A DNA stretch of 64,000 nucleotides from Chiloscyllium plagiosum (GCF_004010195.1 NC_057711.1:82289872-82353871); one strand, 5' to 3'. Shown: positions 25,130 to 39,574, counted from the first letter of the stretch. The notes: generated by a model not told the origin, from the letters alone. A program made the numbers and translations.

Positions 25130-28100
25130 ACAGCTGACCTTGGAAAAGCCTGTGTGGGGAAGTTCACAACAGGAGAGCAGCTAAGTGGCTAGTTTTTAAG
25201 TGTAACTTATTGTTTTTATTTGGAAGTTTCCAGTAGTGAGTAGAGTGGATTCTATTTTGATTATGTTTTTATTGAGAACGGTCTCTTGATTAAATTTTAA
25301 AAATATGAAAACATAAGTACTACGTTGGCTTGCAGCAGTGTTTTTAGAGCAAACAGACTTTGCTAAGGTACAAAGATGGTTTTTATAGATCGATGCGCTC
25401 TTCCTGTCAGATACGGATAATTAAGGAGCATTTCCACATTATTAGTGATTATGCCTGCAGGGAGTGTGTTTGGCTGTGAATTCTTTTGGATCAAATGGAT
25501 CAGTTGGAGTGGCTGTTAGAGGCAATGGGGAATTTACAGAAGCTAGGGATGTGATAGAAGGCAGTTGCAGGAAGACAGACTCAGGTAGATGGTCATCTCC
25601 AGGAAAAGTAGGGGATAGATCTAGATAGTGCAAGAATCTCCTGTGGCTATCCCCATCTGAAACAAATATGCTGCCTTGGAAAATGTAAGGGTTGATGGAC
25701 TTTCAGGGGAAGGTAGCACTGACAGCCAGGTTTTTGATACTGAGACTGGCTCTAATGTAACAAGGCAAATGCCAGGTTCCAAGCAATTGATTGAAATTTC
25801 CAGTCAGAAGCACAGACGGATGTTGTTCTGAGGCCTACAGTGAGGCATCAGAATGTATGCTCTCTCTCTGCTGTCAGGACCAAGGATATCTTGGAGAGGG
25901 TTTACAATATTCTCAAAGGGGAGAGAACCAGGTTGTTGAACACATTGGAACTAATGATACAGTTTGAGAAAAGGACGAGAGAATATAGGAAGTCAGGCAA
26001 AAATTTAAAAAGGAGGTCCTCGGTGGCAGTAATATCTGCATTATTCCCAGTCCCACGAGCTAGTGAGGATAGGAATAGGAGGATAGAGCAGGTTAATGTG
26101 TGGCCGAGGATTGATGCAGGGGAGAAGGATTCACATTTTTGGATTATTGGAATCTCTTCTGGGGTAGACGTGACCTGTATAAGGAGGACAGATTGCTTCT
26201 GAATTGGAGGGGAGATTTGCTAGGGCTGCTCTGGATGATTTGAACTCATAGGAGGGGGGTGGTTGGAACCCAGGGAGATACTGAGGAAACAGATCAGTCC
26301 AAGACTGGTGCAGTTGGGAAGAGGTGCAAGTCAAGCAGGCAGGAACAAAGCAGAGAACCAACTAGGACTGATAAGTTAAACTGTATTAATTTCAATGCAA
26401 GAGGACTAACCAGTAAGGCAAATGAACTCAGGGCATGGTTGGGAACATGGGACTGGGATATCATAACAATTACAGAAATGTGGCTCAAGGATGGACAGTA
26501 CTGGCAGCTTAATGTTCGGGGTATAGATACTATAGGAAGGATATAATTGGGAGGGGGGGGGGCGAAAGAGGAGGGCAAGTGGTGTTTTTGATAAGGGATA
26601 ACATTACAGCTGCACTTAGGAAGGATACTCCTGGGAACATATCCAGGGAAGTTATCTGGGGGGACCTGAGAAATAAGAAAGGGATTGTACAATGAAAGGG
26701 ATGCCCCAACTGTCAGAGGGAAATTAAGAAACAAATTTGTAAGGGGACTGCATTTATCTGTAAGAATAGTCAAGCTATTACAGTAGGGGATTTTAACTTT
26801 GCAAACATTGACTGGGACTGCCATATTTAAGGGCTTGGATGGAGAGGAATTTGTTAAGTGTGTACAAGAAAATTTTCTGATTCAATATGTGGATGTACCT
26901 ACTACAGAAGGTGCAAACTTTGACCTACTCTTGGGAAATAAGGCAGGGCAGGTGATTGAAATGCCAGTCGGGAAGCACTTTGGGGCCAGTGATCTTAATT
27001 CTATTAGTTTTAAAATAGTAATGGAAAAGGATAGACCGGATCTAAAAGTTAAAGTTCTAAATTGAAGAACAGCTAATTTAGATGGTATTAGACACGAACT
27101 TTCAAAAATTGTTTGGGTGCAGATGTTCACAGGTAAAGGGACAGCTGGAAAGTGGGAAAACTTCAAAATTGAGATAACGAGAGTCTAGAGACAGTAAGTT
27201 CCTATTAGGCTGAAAGCCAAGGCTCATAGTTGGTTTACTAGATGACTACAGAAATTGAGATTTTGGTTAAGAATAAGAAGGAAGCATTTGTCAAGGACAG
27301 ACAGCAGAGATATTGTGAAGCACTAGAAGAGTATAAAGGCAGTGGGAGTACAATTAGGAGGGCAAAAAGGGGAAATGAGAAAGCTTTGGCAAACAGGGTT
27401 AAGGAGAATCCAAAGGGATTCTACAAACATATTAAAGACAAAAGGGTAACTAGGGTGAGAATACAGCATCGTAACAATCAGCAAGGCCATCTACGTTTGG
27501 AACCGTAGGAGATGGGGGAGATTATAAACATGTATTTTACATCAGCACTTACAGTGGAGAAGGATATGGAAGTTAGAGAACTTCGGGAAGTAAATAGTGA
27601 CATCTTGAAAAATGTCCATATTACAGAGGTGGTGGCGCTGGATGTCTTAAAAGCACAAAGGTGGATAAATCCCCAGGACCTGATCAGGTATACGCTAAAA
27701 CTGTGTGGAAAGCAAGAGAAGCGATTGCAGAGATATTTGTATCATCGATAGTCACGGGTGAGGTGCCAGAAGACTGGGGGTTGGGTAATGTGATGCGACT
27801 ATTTAAGAAAGGTGCTAAGGAAAAGCCAGGGAACTACAGACCAGTGAACCTGACATCGATGGTGGGCAAATTGTTGGAGAGAATCCTGAGGGACAGGACG
27901 TACATGTATTTGGAAAGGCAAGGACTGATTAGGGACAGTGAACATGACTTTGTGCATGGGAAATAACGTCTCACTAACTTGATTGAGTTTTCCGAAGAAG
28001 TAACGAAGATGATTTATGAGGGCAGAGCGGTAGACATGATCTACATGCACTTCAGTAAGCATTCAACAAGGTTCTGCATTGTAGATTGGTTAGCAAGGTT

Positions 28101-29150
28101 AGACCACATGGAATACAGGGTGAACCAGTCAATTGAATATAGAACTGGCTTGAGTGTAGAAGACAATGGATAGTGCTGAGGTTTGCTTTTCAGACTGGAG
28201 ACCTGTGACCAGCCGTTTGCCACAAGGATTGGTGCTGATCCACTGTTTTTTATCATTTATGTAAATGATTTGGTTGTGAACATAGGAAAAATGGTTAGTA
28301 AGTTTGAAGATGACACCAAAACAGGAGGGAAAGAGGACAGCGAAGAAGGTTACTTCAGTACAACAGGACCTTGATCAAATGGACTGGCAGATGGAGTTTA
28401 ATTTACATAAATGTGAGATGCTGCATTTATGAAAGGCAAATCAGGCAGGACTTATACACATAATGGTAAGGTTTTGGGAGGAATTGCTGAACAAAGAGAC
28501 TTTGGAGTGCAGGTTCATAGTTCATTGAAAGTGAAGTCGCAGGTAGATAGGATGGTGAAGGTGTTGTTTGGTATGTTTGCCTTTATTGGTCAGTGCATTG
28601 AGTATCGGAGTTGGGAGGTCATGTTGTAGCTGTACAGGACATTGGTTAGGCCACTTTTGGAATACTGCATGCAATTCTGGTCCCCTCCTATAGGAAGGAT
28701 GTTGTGAAACTTGAAAAGGTTCAGAAAAGATATATTGGGAGAGGCTGAATAGACTGGGGTTGTTTTCCCTGGAGCATCAAAGGCTGAGGGGTGACCTCAG
28801 CCTCATGGTTTATAAAATCATGAGGGGCATGGATAGAGTGAATAGCCCAGGGGCGTGAGTGTCCAAAATGAGACAGCATACAATTTAGGTGAGAGAAGAT
28901 CGATTTAAAAGGGACCTAAGGGACAACCTTTTCACACTGAGTGTGATGCATGTATGGAATGGGCTGACAGAAGAAATTGTTGAGGTTGGTACAATTACAA
29001 CATTTAAAAGGCATCTGGATGGGTTTATGAATAGGAAAGGTTGAGAGAGAAATGGGCCAAATGCTGGCAAATGGGACAAGATTAATGCCCATGATCAGCA
29101 TGGACAAGTTGGATCGAAGGGCTGTTTCTGTGCTGTACAATGCTATGACT
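25130..29150 (+). mobile_element. Near-full-length degraded CR1 LINE (ORF1 with esterase-like part, ORF2 EN-RT)
   Basis: ORF1-like 'VVISALFPVPRAS..RNRRIEQVN'; EN 'NARGLTSKANELRA..WDIITITEMWL'; RT 'KSPGPD', 'PGNYRPVNLTS', 'KFEDDTK'; CR1 3' end ~29150. Confidence 0.88.
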
Positions 29151-30175
29151 TTTTTTAAGCAATACCCTAATTCTCTACCACCAAATAACCATTTGATGAT
29201 TTATTTATTTTACAGTTGTTTCTAGTTCGATCTCTTCTCAAAGTCACGTAGATATAATTTATGTATTTTTAAGTGCTTTGCAATTAGAGGTTAAATTCAC
29301 TTTGCAAAGTGAAGAATTTTTAACCAATAATTTTCACCTGTGCAAAGGCGATATAGAAAATCAAAACCCAAATAAATTCCTAATTTTAATTTAACAAATC
29401 ATCTGTATTGAAAATAATTTTTTTTAGTCTGGGTTTAAGGGAGTAGAATTGCTTATATTTTAAAGGTCAGGCTTTGGCTTCAAATTCAATGTGTTTTTTT
29501 GCAACAAAGGACACAGTGTTCATGAAGAAATACAATTTACTTTTAGTTGTTAACCTGGTTGCAATTTCAAAGCACAAACTGCAAGCAAGTTTAATGTCAG
29601 CTGAACATGTTGTCAGTGAAGAGAATATCTGAAACCATCAATAATGCAATATAGTTAATACAAGGCAATATTTACTCCTGGAAATTAAAATAATTTTATT
29701 AAGATCAATTTTATCTTTTTATTAAATGGCTTACATAAAATCTTCATTCCCTAAATGACACAAACTTCTCCAACTTTGTTTCAAATACCCCATTATCAAC
29801 CATACCAACCTCCAACCTTGGAGATCCACTGCAACAGTCAAGATCCTTACCATTCAGTGTCAAAATAAAGAATTTTCTACGTTACCCTTGATTTTTTTGC
29901 CTAAGACCTTAAACCAGCGTTTTCACCTTTCTGCAATGGGAACACTTCTATCTATTCTGACTGAAATCTTCATGATTTTGAACATCTCTAACACATCTCC
30001 TCTCAACTTCTTCCTCTTCAAGAAAAACAACCCAGCTTCTCCAATTTATCCAAGTACATGAAGGCCCTCATTGTAAGAGCCACAAATCTTTGGACTTTGA
30101 TGTTATAAAGAAATGGATATAGGGAGCCATCAAGCCAACAAATGGTTATACAAGAAAATTATCAATAGGCTGCTT

Positions 30176-31485
30176 AGCTATTTATATCCTGTGACTACAA
30201 ATCAAGACCACAATTGTGATGTGTCAGTGCAATTATTAATAGAAGAAAGAAAAAGATTAAAATATGATAACTCAGGAAGAGGCCTTAGTTCAACTTGTAC
30301 AGATCAGTAAGACACAAGGTAAGAGAAGAGAACAGATGTCAGAAGTCATGGACTACCATTAGATTAGATTAGATTACTTACAGTGTGGAAATAGGCCCTT
30401 CGGCCCAACAAGTCCACACCGACCCACCGAATCCCAACTCACCCAGACCCATTGTCCTACATTTACCCCTTCACCTAACACTACAGGCAATTTAGCATGG
30501 CCCCCTTCACCTAACACTACAGGCAATTTAGCATGGCCAATTAACCTAACCTGCACATTTTTGGATTATGGGAGGAAACCGGAGCACCCGGAGGAAACCC
30601 ACGCAGACATGGGGAGAATGTGCAAACTCCACACAGAGAGTCACCTGAGGCGGGAAATGAACCCGGGTCTCTGGCGCTGTGAGGCAGCAGTGCTAACCAC
30701 TGTGCCACCGTGCCACCCACTGCGGCATGGTGGCACACAATCAGTGAAAAGTAAAAACCATCTTAACTAGAATACTGAATGTCTTCTCTTGTTCAGTGTA
30801 ACTTTTGTTGCTATATAAAGTACCCAGATATCATTGTACCAAGTGATTCCACATCTGAAATTCATTGTTTGACCTATGAACTTCATATCTAGTGTCCCTT
30901 TTTTGATCAAGGGTGAAACTTTGAAATTCTTCAGTCTTCTGCCATTGTAGCTAAGGAGGAATGCAAGATGGTGGCCAGTGCCTCTTCAATATATATGTTC
31001 TAATCAAACTGTTCACAGATCTTATTACATGTCTCCACAGAAGGTTGGGACTTGAACTCAGGCTTCCTGGATCAGAAGTAGGGACACTACAATAACCCTA
31101 AATTCTCTGCAATCTATATTTTTTTACCAACCTGTTCAGATGTGTTACAACATACCACTGGAGCAGATGGGACTTGAATCTGGGGTTTCCAAATCCACAG
31201 GTAGGAACATTACCACTGCACCACAAGAGCCCTAAATCACTGCAACATCTAGTGAGTTGTGAACTTTAAGCCCAACCATTTTATCAATATCTCCTCTATC
31301 ATTTAGATCTAACTATTCATATCCTGTGACCACAAATCATGATGACAATTGTGAGGGGCTAGTGCAATTATTACCACATGCAAGAAAAAGATTAAAACAT
31401 GATAACGCAACAAGAGGCCTTAGTTAAACTCATTGTACAGATTTCAGGAAGACACAAGGTAAGAGAAGAAAACAAATGTCACATC
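30176..31485 (+). repeat. Diverged ~170-bp direct repeat pair (~30176-30345 and ~31312-31482)
   Basis: Shared atatcctgtgac.acaaatca...gtgcaattatta...aagaaaaagattaaaa.atgataac...gaggccttagtt...aagacacaaggtaagagaaga. Confidence 0.8.
30360..30716 (-). mobile_element. tRNA-derived SINE with (ATCTA)n tail and internal tandem duplication
   Basis: Intact A/B-box head at the 30716 end, tail agatt x3, duplicated ccccttcacctaacactacaggcaatttagcatggcc. Confidence 0.85.
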
Positions 31486-31709
31486 ATTTATGGAGTCCAT
31501 CTTGTGTTTCAAATATATCCTTTCTCAATGTGAAATTACCAGCATCTTCCTCCTTGGTAAAGTAGCTTGCAAAGTATTCTTTTAGATCCTTGGCCATAAC
31601 TCTACTTGTATATACAAATCTACATTTAGTTTCCCAAAAGGTCTCACTCCTCCTTTTGCCATTCTTTTGCTAATAAATTATTAGTGATATGGTTAAAGAT
31701 ACACAGGTG

Positions 31710-34700
31710 GGGAGATTCAAGGTGGCGGCGACCCAGCAAGTCGGAGTCTGTAGTGCTGTGTGCAAGACTCAGGCAAAATGGGGTACCCACCTCCACCACA
31801 TCCTCTAAACCATTTAAAATAACTTTTACCCAGCATATTTAGTCATTTTGCACCAAACTTGAACAGTTTGGTGCGGTGCTTAAAATGACTAAAGGGAAAT
31901 TGCTCGCAACAGGCAGGGACCCCTCCTCCACCTGCAGCAGCAGTGGGGACGTCCGCGGCTGCCTCGGGGGACTTACCTGTAGAGACGAGCCTGGTCTCCG
32001 TGATCAACAAGCTGCAGGAGAGGATCGATGGCTTCATCGAAGAATCCAGGAGCAGGTGGGAGTCACTCTCGGTCGCGCTGCAAAAGCATGACCGAGAAAT
32101 TGAAAAGGTCAAACATTGCGTTGGAGAGGTGGAGCTAAAGGCTGTGTCCTCGGAGAATGCCGCTGAATCAGCTGTGGGCCGGGTCCAGGCTCTCGAAAAA
32201 ATATTCGGTTGCTGGACCTTCCTGAACGGGAAGAGGAAGGCCATCTGGCAGTTTTTTTTGGAGCAATGGCTCCCTGAAATATTAAAGCGAGTCCAGATCA
32301 GGCCAGTTGCGGGGAGAATGGGCCCACCAGGTTGCTATATGCAGGCCCAGGTCGGACCAGCGCCCCCGCCCAGTCCTGTTCTGGCTCCAATGCTGGAGAG
32401 AAACAGATGCTCCTGGAAGCTTCTAGAATCCTGGGGAAGGATCCCCAGGCCATGGTGTACAAGGACTCTAGGATTGTGCTATTCCAGGATTTTTCTCCAG
32501 CTGTGGTCCGCAAAAGGAGGGCATTTGATGAGGTGAAGAAGCGTCTGAGAGACTTAAACATCCAATATTCCTTGCGTTACCAAGCAATGCTGTGATTCAG
32601 CCACAAAGGATCTATTTATAACTTTGGATCACCGGAGAAGGCTAAAGATAATAGACTGTAGGAATTAAACTGTATGGCTAATGATGCTATTGGCCCCTGG
32701 CACTTGAATACCACACTCACCCAAATAGCAAAGAGGGAAATATTATTTGCAAAACAAAGACTATATGAATACGGCGATAAGCCTGGTAGATACCTAGCAT
32801 ATCTCGCAAGGAGAAAAAAGGCCCCTCAAGCTATCACATCCATGAGGGAAAGTGCTGTTACTTTGACTCATGACCGCAAAAGGATCAATACAGCCTTCAG
32901 AAAGTTTTATTCTGATCTGTATAAATCACAGAATTGTGAAGACAGAGCTAAGAAGATGGAGTCCTTTTTTAAAAGTCTGGCCGTTCTGGACTTAACCCCG
33001 GAACAGGTGTTGATCCTGAATGCTCCCGATAACCCAGGAAGTACTTGATGCAATCAGACAGCTTCAGAGCAGAAAGGCACCTGGCCCAGATGGATTTCAG
33101 GCTGAATTCTACAAAGAGTTTATAGGGGTACTGGCTGGTCCACTTATAGACATGTATAGATATTCATATAGTCAGGGCTGCCTCCTGCCTTCGATGAGAG
33201 AAGCAAATATTTCTCTCATCCTTAAAAAAAGGAAAGGCCCCAGAAGACTGTACATCATACAGACCAATATCTTTGCTAAATGTAGATTTTAAAATTCTTT
33301 CTAAAACATTAGCATTAAGGCTGGAGAGGGTTTTACCATACGTTATAAAAGAGGATCAGACAGGGTTTATCAAGGGCCATAGATCATCTAATAATATTAG
33401 AAGGGTTTTAAATGTTTTCCAAGTCTGTCATCAAGAAAGAATACCGGGAATAGTAGTCTCTTTAGATGCGGAGAAGGCATTAGATTGGGTTGAATGATCA
33501 TATCGGTTTTACACACTGGAAAAGTTTGGTATCGGAGAGGTATTCGCCAAATGGGTCTCAATATTGCGCAATGACCCCAAAGCAGCCGTGATTATCAATG
33601 GTTTAGGTTCAGATAGCTTCAGCTTGGGTAGGGGCTGTCGTCAGGGATGTCCTCTCTCACCATTATCATTCACGTTAATAATTGATCCACTACGGGAAGC
33701 TATACGGGCCGATTCTAATATAATGGGTCCGAGGGTTGGTTCAGGTAAACATAAAATTACCCTTTATGCAGACAACATTCTCCTTTTTCTTAGTAATCCT
33801 TTGATATCCGTGCCCCGCTTGATCCAAGTAATTAATTTGTTCAGTGCATTCGCAGGTTACAAAATCAATTTCACAAAATCGGAGGACATGCCGATGGGTT
33901 GCTTCACTAATATGTCTAATTTATCGGACGGATCTTGCTTTCCCTATCGGTGGTCTCTGGAGGGTTTTTTATATTTAGGGATCTTTATCACCCCAGTTTT
34001 TCGTCAGCCGTATAAAGCCAATTTTGTGTACCTATTAGAGAGGATAAGGCAGGACCTTCAACGCTGGGTGGATCTCCAGATATCTTGGTTAGGCAGAATA
34101 GCTCTAATTAAAATGAATATTTTGCCTCGTCTCTTACACCCTATGAGAATGCTCCCTGTGATGCTTCCAAGGCCGGCATTGCGTAAACTACACGGTTGGC
34201 TTGGTTCTTTCATTTGGAATCATAGACTCCCCTTATTAAAGTAGCTGCAGCTCCCACAAACAAGGGGAGGACTGAATTTTCTAGACCTTATGAAGTACCA
34301 GCTGAGTTCTCTATTAAGTTACGTAGCCGACTGTGTCTCATGTGACCCGCAATCAATCTGGCTGGACGTTGAGGCTTCTCAAGCAAAGTGTCCCTCATTC
34401 AACTCATATTTTTAGATAAGATGAAAGTCATTATAGACCATTGTAAATACCCTATTGTATTAAATACAATTAAAGCATGGAAGATAATGCGGCAAGACGA
34501 GGGTAATTCACAAAAAACCTCTCCTTATACTCCTACAGTGGGAGCATGGGATTTTCAACCAGGGCACACAGACGCTATATTTAAGATCTGGAGGTCCAGG
34601 GGTATTTCTTGCTTAGGGGATCTGTTTGATGGGGAGATTATAATGTCTTTTGAACAGCTGCACCAGAAATTTGGACTGCCCAATGGAGACCTTTTTCGAT

Positions 34701-35819
34701 ATTTCCAAATTCGAGATTATACACAGAAGACAACCATATTATTAGACAGCTCTTATAAATCGGTCAGGGAAAGAAGAGTGTTATGGCCAATGGGTCCACC
34801 CTGAGTCAGCACTCTTTATCACTCATTACAGAACGAAGTATTGAAAGACATGGGACAATTGTTTAAAACATGGAATCAGGAATTGGGGTTGGGGTTGGAA
34901 ATCCCTTCAGAAATGTGGGACGACATCTGGGAAAAAGCCAGAAAGATCTCCATTTGTAATAGAAGCCAACACATCCAACTAAAGATACTCTATAGGACTC
35001 ATATAGCACCGGAACAGTTGGCAAAATTTAGGGCAGGAACATCTCCAATGTGTCCTAAATGTAAAATAGAAGTGGGCACTCTCTCACACTGCTTATGGAC
35101 AGGTCATAAGATCTGTAAATACTGGACCAGAGTAGCAAATGCACTGACAGAAATCTTGGGAGCAGAAATTGGAGTAGATCCAGTATCTCTTCTCCTGGGC
35201 TTCTCGAACCTGCCCTCCCTGGATATGCACGGGAGGAAATTATTTTCCATTCTCTCCTTTTGCATAAGGAAACATATCTTAGTAAATTGGGTAGCTGAAG
35301 GTCCTCCAGGACTTTCGAATTGGCACAGGTTAATCATGGAATGTATTCCTCTCGACTTCCTTACAAATATGGTGCACCAAAAAATGGAATTATTCTATAA
35401 AATATGGCAGCCCTTCCTGAACCACACACATACAGATATTTCGGCCATATTGTCAAGGGCTTTTATCTAGTTGTGGTAGTGGTTCTGGCTGGTCCGAGGG
35501 CCCCCGGGGCAGGAATCCCATATGAATATGGATTTTATCATGACTTGATGTTAATTCATTCTGAGCATGTAATTCATTATTTAATTACTATGTTTTTTTG
35601 AGTAATGTAAAATATACTATCATATGCTTTGGTCATTTGTAGATTAGATTAGTTCTTAGTTGAGTGGGTTTTTTTTCTTTTTTTGTGTTTGTTGTGTTTT
35701 GGTTAATATTTAATATGTAATGGTATATTAGTGTTTATATTTGTTTGTGTTATTTTGTAAGTTTGTAAAAAATGTTTAAAAAATTTCCATTTTCTTCAAT
35801 AAAAATATCTATATAAAAA
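31710..35819 (+). mobile_element. L1-clade LINE with 5' end, partly deleted ORF1, EN-deleted ORF2 and polyA tail
   Basis: 15-bp TSD aaagatacacaggtg (31695-31709 and 35820-35834) at a TT/AAAG site; ORF1 coiled coil and 'FQDFSPAVVRKRRAF'; RT 'KAPGPDG', 'RGCRQGCPLSP', 'LYADNIL'; C-terminal CPKC...HCLW; aataaa ~35798. Confidence 0.92.
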
Positions 35820-36743
35820 AAAGATACACAGGTGAAGAGTGCTGATCATGTACACAAGAATCTTTGTGGGATCAGCTTGCAAACTTGATGTGATTCCATG
35901 ATTGGTGGACACTGCAGGAGGCAGCGTGCATCATCTCCTCCAAAATGTAATTTTATTTTGAATTTAAATTTCTTTTAAAAATTTGGTTTTCTTGTGGCAG
36001 CCATTTAAGGACTTTTTAAATATCAGTTTCTTTCAAAAAATATATTCTATTTTTCTAATCAGAGATATTATTACACACCTCTGGAGCAGGTGGAACTTGA
36101 ACTAGGGCCTCCCAGTCTAGGGATAAGTACTTTGCACCAGAAGAAGGCTCTGAAGTGCACTGGACAGGATCCAAACCAGCAGGGAATGACCCCCATCAAC
36201 CTTAAATCCATCTTAACCATTCAGCTGCAACTACAGGCCCTCTTTAAACAATTTTTTAAAAAATCAACCTATTATGACACATCTCTGGTGCAGGTGGGAC
36301 TTGACAGTTTAATTAGTTAATTTGTTTCAGTTCTTCAAAACAGTGCAATGAAAACTGCTGGGACACTGGTGATTAAGGAGGAGGCAGCATTTAAAATGCT
36401 CCATTTTGTAAAGAGATTGGTTATGAAATAAAAAGATTATGTCTAGTTTCCTACTTCACTATCTGGAATTTTGATTCCCCCACTTTCTAATTAATTCCTA
36501 CAATCTGTAATGCTAGACTTTTTATTTATTTATTTTTCTTAGTGATTTTTTCCAAAGAACTTCTACTGAAGAGTCTGCACCCAGATATCTTTGTCATGAA
36601 GATACTGCCGTAAATGACAATTTATAAACTTTTTGCTGTACTCATTTGAGTACGTGTGACAATAAAGCAAATTCAATTCAATCCAACTCAGCTTTGTAAT
36701 GACTTGATATAGAAGACTTTTAGATTCCCTTTTATGACAATCC

Positions 36744-37592
36744 AGGTGGAGTTCAATCCAGATCAATGCGAGGTATTGCATTTCGGTACAACAAACAAGG
36801 GTAGGACTGATACAATTAAAAGTAGAGCTTTGTGTAATGTTGTAAAACAGAGGACGGGAGTGGGTACTGCAGATGCTGGAGATTAAGTCAAGATCAGAGT
36901 GGTGCTGGAAAAGCACAGTAGGTCAGACAGCATCCTTAGGAATGAAGGACTTTTGCCCGAAACGTAGATTTTCCTGCTCCTCGGATGCTGCCTGACCTGC
37001 TGTGCTTTTCCAGCACCACTCTGATCTCGTGAAACAGAGGGACCCAGACATTCAGGTACATATTTCTTTAAAGTTTGTGTCACATAAAAACAAGATGCTT
37101 ATAAAGGTGTTTAGCACACTTGCCTTCATTGCTCATTCTTTGAGTATTAGGAGTTGGGAAGTCATGTTGAGGTTGTACAGGACGTCGATGAGGTCTCTTC
37201 TGGAATAAGATGTCTAATTCTGGTCGCCCAGTTATAGGATGGATATTAAGTGGAGAGGGTTCAGAAGAGAATTACCAGGATATTGCCAGGTATGGAAGGT
37301 TTGAGTTATAAAGAAAGGCTGGATCGGCTGTGACTTTTTCACTGGAGTGTAGGAGGTTGAGAGGTGACCTTATAGAAGTTTATAAAATCATGAGGGGTGT
37401 AGATAGAGCTAATGGCAGGTGTCTTTTCCCTAGGATGGAGGATTTCAAGAGTAGGTGGCACAACTTTAAGGTGAGAGGTGAGACATTAAAAAAAGATATG
37501 AGGGGGAATTGCTTTACACAGAGTGGTTCACGTGTGGAATAAACTTCCTGAGGAAGTGGTGGATGTGCACACAATTACAACATTTAAAAGAC
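36744..37592 (+). mobile_element. CR1 3' fragment, left part (interrupted by a palindromic repeat ~36860-37027 and by the ERV)
   Basis: 'SWEVMLRLYRT', 'SLECRRLRGDLIEVYKIMRG'; the sequence resumes at 44842. Confidence 0.85.
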
Positions 37593-37870
37593 TGAAGACA
37601 GAAACTAACTCAAGAAGAAATACGTATAGAGTACAACTTTGTGGTATGCCGCTCCTGGAACAACGGTGATCTCTGCATGCACACAACACAAGAAACAGTC
37701 TTTCACAGGCTTTCGTCGTACACATCATCCAGACTATAAAACTGCTGTACCCGTTGTTCAGGAAGAGACAGTGTGGTCAAGCCCCGCGGTTAGGGTCAGA
37801 ATCACGCTGCCACTCCCAAAAGCTTTTGATTGACTTGCTTCTAAATTTGATGGACTTGCTCAAATTTGCA
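37593..37870 (+). repeat. ERV 5' LTR (3' end and PBS apparently deleted)
   Basis: Matches 44524-~44815 by eye, then diverges before the terminal CA; no PBS seen. Confidence 0.8.
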
Positions 37871-38639
37871 CTGTACGCAGGGCCTATTCATGGTCCCAGG
37901 TAGGGTGGCCACCTTCTTGGAGTCGGGGCAGGATATTGGAAAAAAGCAGGTCAAACTACAGAAGCTGTTGATCTGGTAAGAGTGAATGAGAAAATGTTTG
38001 TTGTGTGGCCTCTGAGTTGAGTTATATTCAGATGTCAGTGTGACTGTTCCTGCCGGAGATAACTGCCTCAATTAAATAAGTGGGACATGGGGAAATGATC
38101 TCTCCCTAAAACAGGTATCGCCGGACTCTGATAGGAACGATTCCGGGTGAGATGCGGCCGATGGGTTAACATGATCGAACGACACAGGATCTGAGAGTAT
38201 AAACCTTTGAGTGATTTGGCAGCACAGGGAGATCAGTGGGAAGTGCCAGGGTCTCTCATTAACCAGTATATGATGGATAGACATTCACTCATTAGAAAGA
38301 GTGGGTGGGATCCATCCCAAACCAGAGATCAACAGTGTAAATAGCTGAGGGTGAAAAGAAAGATAAGATCAAGAAAATAAGTGTCCTTTTGGTCCATTAA
38401 TTGGCTTGCCTCGTAGGTAAGACTTTGGAATCCACAAAGAAATTAAGCAAGGAAAAACAAATGCTTCAATCATGACTAAGGGAACTGGAAAAGAAACCTC
38501 AGTTCCTAGAGGATAGTCAGTGGGGATCACTGTCCCCTTATAATGCTCGGGAGGGCCCAGTAGCACGCCCTGAACATTTGGACAACCCTCCCAAGGAAAT
38601 TAATTCAGCCTGGGTAACTCGCAATGGGGAAGGAGTTAA

Positions 38640-39400
38640 CGCACATGCAAAATAAAGCCGTTTACACCAGGCGAATTGCAGCAGACCTTAGCTTCCCTGG
38701 GTCGCTTACAGCCCCACAGTAATAACGCAAAGTTTTGGGCTGAATTAGATATCATCTGGGTGGGCCACCAATTACATTTAAGGGATATCCACCAACTGGT
38801 CCAGGCTGCATGTCATCAGGAGAAGTGGCATCTAGTATCTGATGGGTCTGGCATAGCCGCTGCCACACAGCAACGAAGTCAAAATTACAGGAGAGGCAGA
38901 CGAACCCAGGGTACCCCAATTAAAACAGATAGGGCTCCTGCTAATCCTCCCTTCGGCAGATTTAAGGCTGAAATCCAGCTTGTTCTGAGAAAACCGCCCA
39001 TCAATTGGGCAAAAATGCCAAATACCAAACAACCGACGGGGGAAGGCACCTCCGAATATGTGGAATGATCTTTTAGTATCTACTAAGAATGTTCAGGGAT
39101 TCCCCACTCAGACCGTTCTGACCAGGCATTCATTCAAGCTTTCAAGGATGGTCTGTCTCCCACACACCAGGCAGTCCTAAAAATGGGGGTTGTTATTCTC
39201 CAAGACTATGATGCCCTCGTAGAATGGGCAACAGGTGTCAAGGAAGACACAGAAGGAAAACCCTGTCACGCGCATAAAGCAGGAAAACCTAGGTGCTGTC
39301 ACAAAGATAAAATCCAGACACATATGTCACAATTGTGGCAAGATGGGTCACCTTGCCTGGGATTGTAGAGGGAGGAAACAGAACAACGGGAAGCCTATGT
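38640..39400 (+). pseudogene. ERV gag remnant
   Basis: MHR-like 'KQPTGEGTSEYVE'; zinc knuckle CHNCGKMGHLAWDC; frameshifts and stops. Confidence 0.8.
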
Positions 39401-39574
39401 GTCTGTCAGTCCAGTGGCAAAAAGGGGCCACTTTGAAGACACTTGTTGGGAAAAACACAGCAAACCAACAAACATTGAGAATACATCGGACTGACATCTG
39501 GCAGCCCCCATGGACACGGGTGATAAGGAGGAAAGGATTTACATGTCGGCACTGGGAGAGGGCAGACAGTATGG

